Under the pieces are notes generated by a model. It was given only the letters and a program-made list of their open reading frames with translations. It was not told the origin of the DNA and did not search any database. A DNA stretch of 64,000 bases from Bugula neritina (lineage: Eukaryota > Animalia > Bryozoa), in contig OZ037765.1 in NCBI GenBank assembly GCA_964035545.1, positions 34,930,080-34,994,079 of the forward strand. The letters run 5' to 3'. Both the position numbers and the translations under genes were made by a program. The first letter of the stretch is position 1; every line of letters begins with the position of its first letter. Shown here piece by piece: positions 13,501-23,306 of this stretch.

Positions 13501-15056
13501 TGCATTCAATCTGAGTCCTCGCTCACGACAGCCTAACTATACGCGGGAACTCTCACTTGCCAAGAGCCCGCCTTCAAGTCCTTCTCACTGGATGGTTTGC
13601 CGTGACCTTTCCCCTATAAATGTGTCCTTTAGTATTCCCCAAACAGAGGGAAGATAATTATACATTATTATATTATGCAAATCCACCACAATAGTTTTTG
13701 TCAGTGTTGATTTTTAGTTTAGCACTACTTAATATTTTACCTTTGTGATAAATATTTCAATATAACTTTGAAGCAGCTTTGGCTTTGGCGTAGACACATT
13801 TACTTATTCAAACTTGTTTATACACACCATTATATACCTTTATTTTGCCAGGAGATATTATCAGAAGTGATGAAGGAGACCACCCACAAAGACCACAAGG
13901 ATCTTGGCATGTTCATTCTAGTCATCATGTCACACGGAACTTCTGGAAACATCTTCCATGACAGACACTGTAAGCCTGTCAACTTGTCAGAAGTCAAAGA
14001 TCTACTCTCAGCTAGTAAATTTCCTGCCATGAGAGGAAAACCCAAACTCATCATCTTCCATGCCTGTTCTGGCAGTGAGTAGTGCAGAGTTGTTCCTCAT
14101 GTTACTAGAACTAGCAGTTAGATTACATTAATTCATGTAACTGTCTCATCAAAATCCTGCAATCTTTTTGACACTGAATCAATGAATATTTGAATGGGTT
14201 TATTTAAGGTAGGCTCCACCTCAAAACCATGTTTTTTGTACATTTTAGTTTTTTGTTTAACTTGGAATTGATTAGTAGTGCTGGTGGTTTCTCCCCACCT
14301 TATTGCAGAGTACATTATATGTATTTTATATACAGGCAGAGCTGACTTTGGTAATGCTGCACAGTCACAAAGCCTAGACACCGTCTCACCACCAACACCA
14401 ACCCCTCTACCCTCATCTTCTGCAACAGCTGGGAGTGAGTCTTCTGCAGGTCAACATGTGTCTCCAAATATTCACTTTGACAGATTCACTCACCTAGATG
14501 CTGATGACTTCTACATTGTGAAGCCAAGTACAGAAAGTTAGTGAGAAGAAAATTATATTTGAGTCGATTTACGCTTTTACAATTTGAATAAATTAAAATA
14601 TTTGTTGCATGTCAATAAAATTGTTGCAAGTTTTGAATATAAAATAATTTACATAATAATTTGACATTCGTATTTAACTGCTCATTTTCATGTGTTGCAG
14701 CTTACAAGGCTGGTAGGAATGAGAATTATGGTACCTGGTTTATCAGAATACTGGTGGCTACATTCTACAGACACAGCTGTCACAGAGATGTTACTGAGCT
14801 GTTTAGGATAGTAAGTAATTCAGTATTACTCTTTGTATGATACTGTGGAGTGTGTTGAGTCATCAGCTTTATATTTCTCTTATATTTATACTTACAGATA
14901 CAAGACAGAGTTAGACGAGTCAGTATTGCATATTGTAAGAAGACAGGAGATGAAGCAGCTGGTGGTAATGTACCTAATTGTCAGGAATGTACTTTCACTC
15001 ACCTCAGAAAACTTTTCTTTTTTCCAAAGTTCCATGGCAGACAACTCCCACAGTGA
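1264..15056 (+). CDS. Gene A: LRR-ROC-COR-caspase (ROCO-caspase fusion), 1543 aa. Exons 1264-1516, 2137-2365, 2749-2892, 3752-3895, 5095-5238, 6375-6503, 7040-7183, 7647-7790, 8972-9115, 10183-12185, 12315-12407, 12671-12837, 12983-13183, 13852-14074, 14336-14536, 14701-14810, 14898-15056
   Basis: All junctions GT-AG and phase-compatible; summed CDS 4632 nt, open to TGA at 15054-15056. LRR consensus; ROC motifs GNMMAGKTS, DMGGQE, THKD; caspase motifs RGRVMIINN, MSHG, FHACSG, GTWFI, LRKLFFFP. Exon structure mirrored in gene B. Confidence 0.85.
2137..2365 (+). CDS. Gene A exon 2, putative LRR N-cap
   Basis: ttgtag| acceptor, AG|gtatga donor, phase 1 to 2; 229-nt paralog at 34920-35148. Confidence 0.8.
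2427..2697. repeat. 30-bp intronic minisatellite (ctgctagctagtatttagtgactattcata), about 9 copies
   Basis: Tandem units seen directly; same unit expanded at 35310-36305. Confidence 0.95.
2749..2892 (+). CDS. Gene A LRR cassette exon A1 (144 nt, 2 LRRs, phase 2-2)
   Basis: tgttacag|C ATA...CCA AAC AG|gtgtgt; [47 protein letters not shown]. Confidence 0.9.
3752..3895 (+). CDS. Gene A LRR cassette exon A2
   Basis: Same splice signals; ...NISGNN...LRNLNMNQCRLPTLPN. Confidence 0.9.
5095..5238 (+). CDS. Gene A LRR cassette exon A3
   Basis: Same splice signals; ...NISRNN...LKELNMMRCKLSTLPN. Confidence 0.9.
6375..6503 (+). CDS. Gene A LRR cassette exon A4 (129 nt, in-frame 15-nt deletion; absent from the ORF track)
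   Basis: tgttacag|C ATG...AAC AG|gtgtgt; MSSLKTLEVLNIS-----EGLPENIFTSLPSLKRLYMMDYKLSTLPN. Confidence 0.75.
7040..7183 (+). CDS. Gene A LRR cassette exon A5
   Basis: Same splice signals; ...DISGNN...[16 protein letters not shown]. Confidence 0.9.
7647..7790 (+). CDS. Gene A LRR cassette exon A6
   Basis: Same splice signals; ...NISGNN...LRELYMESCKLPTLPN. Confidence 0.9.
8972..9115 (+). CDS. Gene A LRR cassette exon A7
   Basis: Same splice signals; ...NISWSR...LRELNMRNCRLPTLPN. Confidence 0.9.
10183..12185 (+). CDS. Gene A large exon: 3 LRRs + ROC GTPase + COR (MFHAS1-like ROCO core)
   Basis: 2003-nt exon within ORF 10127-12211; P-loop GNMMAGKTS, G3 DMGGQEVY, G4 THKD, COR-like [15 protein letters not shown]-terminal CAHC cysteine cluster. 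Confidence 0.92.
12983..15056 (+). CDS. Gene A caspase (peptidase C14A) domain over 5 exons
   Basis: VYAMSDPVRGRVMIINNERF, TRDGSYID, ILVIMSHG (catalytic His), GKPKLIIFHACSG (catalytic Cys), DADDFYIV, YKAGRNENYGTWFI, TFTHLRKLFFFP. Confidence 0.9.
13354..13690 (-). mobile_element. Solo LTR in a gene A caspase intron
   Basis: TG...CA ends, exact 4-bp TSD ATAG (13350-13353 / 13691-13694), shares cgcgggaactctca with the LTR at 32726-33108. Confidence 0.8.
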
Positions 15057-15989
15057 ATGACGTCTGCAGCACATCACGTGTTCACATGCAGCAGACACAG
15101 ACCTGCCATATTAGCTAGATACTTGCAGCTGCTAGACAGACCTGTCATGTCTTTGATTTTATACAATCATTTCTAATTTTATTAGTTTATATATTTTTCA
15201 TGTACCTGTGATTTAAGAAGAAATGTGAGTTACCACATCCACTTTTTATTCATTTTGCATGCTAAACAACATAACTTCTTTGTGTGTTTTTGCCCATTTG
15301 CTTTCACTGAATTTATAGACACTTTCACATATTATGTGCATAGAAGTTTATTCAGCTGTAAAACCTGATTGAAATCTGTTGAATTAATTTAAACATGTTT
15401 ATGGGGTTTCATGCTTAGCCCCAATTATCTATGTTATTTCTGCACTTTTATCTCATTACCATCTATTCAACATATTATTCTTAGGATGTAGAGAAACCAT
15501 TGCATATGCCTTAGTAAATATAATTGATTTGAAGAATTGTCTCTACTTGAGATTAGATGATTCAGTAACCAGTGAGTAAGCTAAGTAGTAAAGAAGAGCA
15601 AGTGTATCTTTGTTTACTGGTTGCTAAGTGATATACTAGTAGTTGGATTCCATCATGGGAAGGTTGGGGAGGGAATAACTCTAAAATACTCCAAATCTGT
15701 AATATAAGTCATTTAGTCAGTCTGTTAATAGCCATATCACTGAATGAATCTAGAAGTTTCCATAAAGTTGATTGAAGCAGAATAAAGTACGAGTGTATTG
15801 CTAGGATGAGGTGACTTCCCAAGGAGTAGGACTTTAATAAATATATTTTATAAAATTAACTAATTTAATAGAAAACAACAAAGGAGATGAAGCAAATAAT
15901 ATTGAAACAGTAACTTAGCAGTATAATAGTGTATGCAGGCTATATTGTTAGTAGAGTAACTTGACACACAGAACACGGGTGGTCTGCCA

Positions 15990-16244
15990 CTAGTCCCTAG
16001 AGTCACTGTGAATATGAGACAGGGCTAGGAACTTCACATTCTCACACTCTGCTCTGAGACACTCGGCTCTCACCAACTGACTACTCAACTCTCTCTGCTG
16101 CCTACGTAATGTGTCCTTCACCTTCTTATTTATTGTGTCATACTTTTCCACGGCGGTCTTCAACTTTGCAACTCTCTTTTCTTCCTCCAATTCGTACTTC
16201 TTCTTAGACTCTGCTGTCACCGACTCCAATTTATTCACATCCTC
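15990..16244 (-). CDS. Possible terminal exon (or relic) of a convergent coiled-coil protein gene
   Basis: Minus acceptor ctttcaattcag| then 84 heptad-like charged residues EDVNKLESVTAESKKKYELEEEKR... to a stop; candidate upstream donor gtgagt at 16325-16330; rest of gene not found. Confidence 0.35.
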   Translation of the reverse strand, partial: EDVNKLESVTAESKKKYELEEEKRVAKLKTAVEKYDTINKKVKDTLRRQQRELSSQLVRAECLRAECENVKFLALSHIHSDSRD

Positions 16245-18329
16245 CTGAATTGAAAGTTTTTGCACTGATATAATACATGCAGCATTCAATATGTCAGTGT
16301 TGAGGCTGTAATGTTTGTGTTATTACTCACGGAAAGTTGCCAGATCTCTAGGTGGTAGGAGTTGTGCTACCCATGACGTAACTGGCCAGTAAATAACTTT
16401 ATGCTTATACAAAACACTTCTTCGCTTCAACAGAAAGGGGAACCTAAAAACTTTGAAATCTTACGGAAAAAATTCTTGAAATGTATAACACTTAAAAACT
16501 ACTAGCACTTATATTTGTACATATTACAGTTGTTTGTATATCGCTAGAAGCAGCACAATGTCTGGGGTCAGTGCATCATCGCAGGGCCCCTCCTCAAAAC
16601 TACTGTTCCCAGTGACCCCGAGTGTTGTGCTGCATCAAATGATTTTCTCACGGGTGGGGGTGGGAGGGGCCCATAACTATTGCATAATGTTTGAATAGTT
16701 GTAAGAAATACAACAAATCTCTGGATAATATTACAGTCAGAGTGACAATATTGAAATAACTATTGAATATAAAAGAGAGCCAGTATGTGTGAGATAAAGG
16801 GGAAGGTGATAGACTGAGGGATTATAGATACAGAGTTTGAGTAGATACTGCACTTACAGAACGTGTGTATACTGAGATATTGTGGACATCTCTGGCTTGC
16901 AAGCAAGTGTGCTACCATTACACTACAGAGTAAACCCAACACTACAGGTTCAAGTTTGGAGTTGGGGGCAATAAACTGGAAAATATTTCTAGTTCAGTGG
17001 TTGTGGGTTTCAATAAGTATAAACCCGAACTCCTAACTCGAAAGCTGCAATCAGTTGCACTCAGTCACCTCAACTCAGAGCTGCTTATATAACCCTTCTA
17101 GACAGATACCAAACCCCTAACCCTACATAATATTAGGACTAGAGCTGGCCATAATGAACAATGAACTCCTATGGCAAACAACCAAGCAACCCGTTCCAAT
17201 ACAGCGACCCCTAGCTTATAGCCCGAAGGCTAGGGTATAATACTATTTAGCCAGCTAAGTAAATAACTTAAAATTCTCGGTTCCGTAAGAACAAATGCAA
17301 TATTTTTAGTTATAATTATTATACTTTATACTTATGGCTGAGTTATTGGATTACTATTGTTATTACTATGATCACTATTAGTATTATATTATCTACAATT
17401 CTGATTAGGCAACTAGTGGCAATTATCCAATTGTGTATATTATTATATAGCCATGCAGTAATACACACAAATAACTGCACTGTAGATACAGTAGAGATGT
17501 ACTATTCATTGAATATGTCTTCTAAAGATATTGTTTATTAAAGTCACACCAGAAGTCTATGTATAATAGTAAGTAACCTCACAGCTATCAGTAAATTATA
17601 TTGAAAAGTAGGAGAATAAAATAATGCAGTTTTGGTAAGAGCGCTACCAACTGATTTTAATAAACTTATCAAAAGTTTATACACTGTGGTTGTTGTTACT
17701 CAACCATGCAAAAATATGTAGAATAAACACAATTGTTCTTAAAGATACCACAATGATTGTGTCCCAAAACATAGCAATCACTCACTGGGTAGCCTCAGAG
17801 TATCAACATAGCCTAGTAGAAGTAGGGCATGAATGATGGTCACCCTAACCACAACAGCATAACCACAGATCTAATAGTCAGCACAAGGCAGACATGAGTA
17901 ATGTCTTTGTATTATAGACTTCTGCTAGAGTGTATTAAACTAAAATCATGTACTGAGGAAGGCGTAGTAATAAAAATTAAACTACACACAATATTTAAGC
18001 TCTATCACTAACCATACAGTGTTTCTCGGTTTTGGAATTATTCTCTCAAGATGGCTCTACACATTATTTATATGAACAGTTTCACTGTAAAGTAGGTATA
18101 ACGTATTGCTGTACAGGAGGTGATAACTCCAACTTATTCACTGACACGGATCTCTCAAGGGAACAAACCCTTGTAATATATAAAAGGAGATGTTGAAGTA
18201 CACAATGCTGTAGCTGTCAGAGAAAGCTACCATAACACTCCTTAACCAAATTATAGAACATACAAGTATACTAGGCACACTAGTTTTAATTTATTTAAAA
18301 AACTTTGTATTTATGATAGGAGGCTAAGA

Positions 18330-19132
18330 ATTGTCACCTAGCAACCAGTAAACAAATATGCAATGGATAGTATCCTACATTAACACAACTTAGATGACAT
18401 TTGCTCTTCCTGACATGCTCAATGGTCCTACCAGACCTGGCACACACTGGCACAGTGCTCTAACCAATAGACTACAGCTGCTCCCTGCTACACTAATTAA
18501 ATTAAATATTATGGAACTTAGGCTATACAAGAGACTTTTTAGACAGCTGGTCTGTTTGTATGCAGCATGCTTGCTATCTTCAGACTATATCTATGATTAT
18601 TGGTATTACAGTAGCTTATGTAATAAGAAAGTAATACTCTACCTGAGAGTTATAATACCAGTGGAACAACACTCTGAGTCATGGTTTCAACGTGTGACTC
18701 AACACACTTCTATTCATAATACTGAGAATTCTCACAACAAGACTTTATTATCTTAGATATGATGACCCGTGTTTACTGAGGAATAACATAAACAAAGCTA
18801 GCTTCATAAATTGTCTTATTCTAGTTCTATTGATTGTAATACTTTGAGACTGCTAGAGAAATAAACATAAACAAAAGAAATCATATTGATTAAGAAACAA
18901 AATGGAATAAATACTTTTTCTATTCAAATCACGGAAATGATTAGAAACAATATAAAAAAGCAACAAATTTAGAAACTATATAAAGTTATAGACATGTGAC
19001 AAGTCTGTTTATAGTTAATATGACAAGTCTGTCTGCTGCGTTGTAGACACGTGACGTGCTGCAGACGTCACCCTCCATAGAAGCTTCCTGCTATGAGAAA
19101 GTGAAGACATGATTTCTGAGGTGAGTGAGGTT
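18330..19132 (-). pseudogene. Inverted decayed copy of the gene A last-exon end and 3' region
   Basis: Reverse complement contains tcactcacctcagaaa, tgacgtctgcagcac.tcacgtg and tagcaaccagtaaacaaa matching 14996-15630; a direct fragment gcagacaactcccacagtga lies at 19366-19385. Confidence 0.6.
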
Positions 19133-20304
19133 ATGTTAGTACTTTTATAGTTTGCTACACGATAAATGTAAAACTTTCAACTTACCAAAAGCAACCCTTC
19201 AGAGTTTGCAGAATTTCGTCATTTATTTGAAATTGAAATATGAACTATTTAGTTTGCAATAATTTTGATATTATATAATATGCAGAAAATCAATGAAGTC
19301 ATTTAGTTTTTCTTTTTGGACTTTTTAATTAGGAATATCTAAGAAATATATAATTGAATTATATAGCAGACAACTCCCACAGTGAGTGCCATATTAGCTA
19401 AACACTTGCAGTTGCTAACAAGCCTATAGGCAGTTATTTCACATATTTGTACATAGTAGCTTGTGTACACTGCAAAATAATTGAAATCTGTTGAACTTGT
19501 TTTTTAAATAAAATTTAACAAAAACATCCTAGCTTTAGATAATAGAATAAAATAGCTGTCCATTTACTTAAATATAATTCACCAAACTTGGTCACTGCAA
19601 CTTAAAAGTAAATATGCAGTGTAAAATGATGGCCTAGCCAATTTCATGTTATAGACATGGCCAATCCAGGTGGATGGTAGTTCAGTATAGGCAGGTAACA
19701 ATATGAGTCTATCTAATGGTTATGACATACTATGACAGCTATAACCAAATTATTCTCATGTATAAATTCATGTATTGTTTATAGACACTGCCACTGCATC
19801 TAAATTACTGGCTATTATATTCACTAGTAAGCAGTAGCTTGGCAACCGCAAGTTTTCTGTTGGCTGATTGCCAAGTGTAATTCATAAACTAGAATATCGA
19901 CTGAGACCAAAGAGTATAATAGTTTGAATAAACATGATTATAATTGAACAGTCAATAACAAAGAACATGAAATCGTTTAACTCCGCTTAACCTGTCACGT
20001 GATCATGTAAACTTGTGTTTAGTCCTTGTAGCTGGAGCATTAAACTAGCTGTCTAAGGAATGCATTGAATACAAATTATTGAGAAAATCTATTAGCTTGT
20101 ACCTTTCTCATCATAGTGAGAAGTTAGTGAAGTAAGTTTACTGAGGATATTACATAACATGCAGGTAGTGAAGAATATCGCCTGAGGTTGATGATTTCAT
20201 TCTACTTCACTGCAGGTACAGGTTATTTTAAAATGTGACTCCAACTAACAGTAACACTAGCAGTAACTGACAGTGACTAACAAGTTAGTTCAGTTGTTGA
20301 GTTA

Positions 20305-20463
20305 GGTCCAGTAATGGAGAAATTGAGAAAAGCCTGTGTTCTAAATTAAAAATGTAGCAAAAGAAGTGATGTTTTCGTGAGAATTTCAACCCGCACCCCA
20401 AACCAAAATTTTATAATAAAATAAAAAAAACTTGAGCTATCTCAATTTCTCCACTACTGCTCC
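20305..20463. mobile_element. MITE-like element with ~28-bp imperfect TIRs
   Basis: ggtccagtaatggagaaattgagaaaagc / gctatctcaatttctccactactgctcc, TA on both flanks. Confidence 0.6.
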
Positions 20464-20573
20464 TAAATGCATTTGTTGTAAAGAAGATGAAATAAAGTCT
20501 AGGTGTCAAAGGTCACAGAATATGAGTGTGCTGTTAGCTTATAGTGGAAGCTACTGACTCTGATCATGTTGAA

Positions 20574-20826
20574 ACAGGTGATTGTGAGGAACAGGTGGTT
20601 GTGAGGGACAGGTGGTTGAGAAAAATAGGTGGTTGAGAGGAACAGGTGGTTGAGAGGAACAGGTGGTTGTGAGGAACAGGTGGTTGAGAGGAACAGGTGG
20701 TTGTGAGGAACCGGTGGTTGAGAGGAACAGGTGGTTGTGAGGAACCGGTGGTTGAGAGGAACCGGTGGTTGAGAGGAACAGGTGGTTGTGAGGAACAGGT
20801 GGTTGAGAGGAACAGGTGGTTGTGAG
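20574..20826. repeat. 17-bp minisatellite (gaggaacaggtggttgW)
   Basis: About 15 tandem units; same unit at 33350-33472. Confidence 0.9.
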
Positions 20827-21303
20827 CGTAATGGATTATTCTTTATATGTATTTTAGTTACCTTTTATAGTTTTCTTTATGTAAATGTAGAATTTAGATT
20901 AAATAATATTTGCTGTCACTTTGATTTTTACAATTTATATTTATTAATTTTGTTTAGAGGCTAACTGGGCAAAGGTTAGCTTCAAGCCTGCCCAGGGAAT
21001 TTAGTTAGAGTTTCTAGTTTGAGTTAGTTGAGTGTGGTCACGTTTTTAATTACTTAGAATAAAATACTCAGAAACATATCCAAGTAAGTTCTGTTTTTAT
21101 ATAATAATAACATGCAATTGTAAATTGATTGTAATAACTCAGAAATACAATCTACCTGCAGTAATATTCAGGCTACTAGGAGATTGTCTAATTATAATTG
21201 CTCATCGCTTTTATAATTAGTCTAAGGTTGACAATAATTTACACTGTTAATCCCAGTATAGTTATTGGTTGCAACTAATTAATTATTCACTAGTTCTTGC
21301 TTT

Positions 21304-21687
21304 TGTTGCAGTTTTGAACTTGTGGGGTTTACCAGTGTGTATTGTCAATTAGCACATTAGCTCCAATCTAATCAATCTCACAAAGTAGTAGCCGAGTATT
21401 AGAACATTATATTTATAAAGTTAAGTACAAAAGAAAAACATTACAATTATTATCAATTTACAGTAGTACACATTCACGATACGTGCTTTCAACTCGATTC
21501 CTTGCTCACAACAACAACTAGTCGCAGGAACTCTCACTAATTGTTATCCTGACCTCAAACTGTTCCTATTGGATAGTTCATCTTGATCAGATCACCTCCA
21601 CGTGCATGATGATTGCAGAATTCTTTAGAACGGGGAAACAACACTTTCCCCTTTTATATTATATAGGTGACGTCACAAACCACCACA
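21304..21687 (-). repeat. 3' LTR of element 1
   Basis: Direct repeat of 32726-33108; adjacent G-rich PPT on minus strand (21688-21700). Confidence 0.95.
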
Positions 21688-21959
21688 TCGCCCCCCACCA
21701 GCAGAAAGCCCACTATCTGATATAGCAAAAGGATAATATTATGATAATATAAAAAGAAAGTCATAACATATAACACACACACGAGACAGCCATATTAAAA
21801 AATAACCATAATTTAGAAAAAGAAGGGCTTACAAGGCCAGATATAAAGAGAGAAGTAGTGTCACATATAAAATAATGTAGACGAATAAACAGTGTCAACG
21901 ATTATCATAACGTCGCCCACAGAGATCTGAAGCCGAGAAGGGAAGAGAGGGGTGGCTAA

Positions 21960-22699
21960 TTACTGGTTCTGAGAGCGGTATTTAGCCTGCCGGGCTCGAA
22001 GCCGTCCTTTGATTTGTCCCACCGAATCCTTTAACTGATATAGCCCGGTAGTTTTATTGAGCAAGTCGGGCGCCAGTTGGGTGAAGTCTGCCTGCAGTCG
22101 CAGAAGCCATTCCTCGACGGTGGCTACTGGCTAGTCTGGTGGGCCTCTCAGGAGGTGGAGTTGCAGCCCGGAGGACAGGCACTACCTCTTCTTTAACTCC
22201 TTCCGGTTCTTTTGGGACAAGAATGGGGTCGGGTTTGTTAGACACCATGGGAGACTGTTGTCTGGCATACTTTAGTATCGTCTGGAAGCCGGATGTCAGG
22301 GCGGCTAGTGTCAATGCCTTCTTAACTAGCGGCCTTATAATGGCAAAATATTCTAGGAATGTATCCTCATCCACAACGTGGTTCTCTCCTGCGTAACAGT
22401 TCATCTTATGTACAGTAACCGGGTAGAGGTATACATCATGATACCCGCATAGACAAAAGTTCAATAAGAAATGGGCGTTCACATGTAGCCTTAGTGAACG
22501 GTGTGACGGGCGCTCCCCTTTACAGATCTAGCACCTTTTGGTCCCCAGGCGGCCTCTATTTTTCTCTCCGTTGTCGGCGAGACTCACCGCGAACGTCGGC
22601 AGAGTATTAAGGGTAGTCCTCACTCCATCTCTGGTTCTTCCTCCATGGGTAAAGGAGGCAGCTGTCCTTGTGGCCTGGTGGCGGCCATTCGAGTGTTAC
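21960..22699 (-). pseudogene. Element 1 accessory 3' ORF (zinc-finger-like plus coiled coil), disrupted
   Basis: Homologous to intact ORF 58560-59326 (LHVNAH..FC.CGY.DVY.YPVT.H...C); minus branch point actaac and acceptor ctctttcag at 22700-22723. Confidence 0.75.
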
Positions 22700-23306
22700 C
22701 TGAAAGAGTTCAACAGTGTTAGTTACCCTACACTGAAGTACCGCCGGCATTAAGCAGCCTGACAGATTCTCTGTTCAGTTAGACACTCACGAGATCTAGA
22801 CTAATGAATAGTTGGTTGAGAACACACACTACAATTGAGGATCGCTAGGATCTCTAAGTCAGTCTGTGCCCCCACCACTGATTCTCACTAGTTCGTATCT
22901 CCAGCTCGTTTAACTAGCTGAGTTAGAGCTGATTGATGCAATCTAGTTTCCGTACCAGAATAATATAATTAACTCACCCTTTGATCCGGTATAGTAAGAC
23001 ATACTGAATGCTATTGAATGATTATTATTAGTGACTACTGGCATGTCTGCTCTTAACTGCATCAGTGTAAGAAAAGACTGGGCAACATGGTTGCGATGTA
23101 TGACTAGGGCACTGTGCTCCCGGCGGATGAATCTTATTTACGATTCCGTCCGTGTTAAAGTTAGTTTTTCCGTGTTGTCCACGACTCCCATTACTAACCG
23201 GTGGTTTGCCCGCACGGCACCCCGCTGGACTCTCATATCTGCCGCTTTCCACGCAGTCACATATGAAGTCTTTTAAATATGCTGGGGGTTGTCTGGTATG
23301 CTGTCC

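Noticed and set aside
18394-18756. 120-aa ORF, and similarly 56528-56905
   Set aside because: No motifs, splice support or paralog conservation; likely chance ORFs
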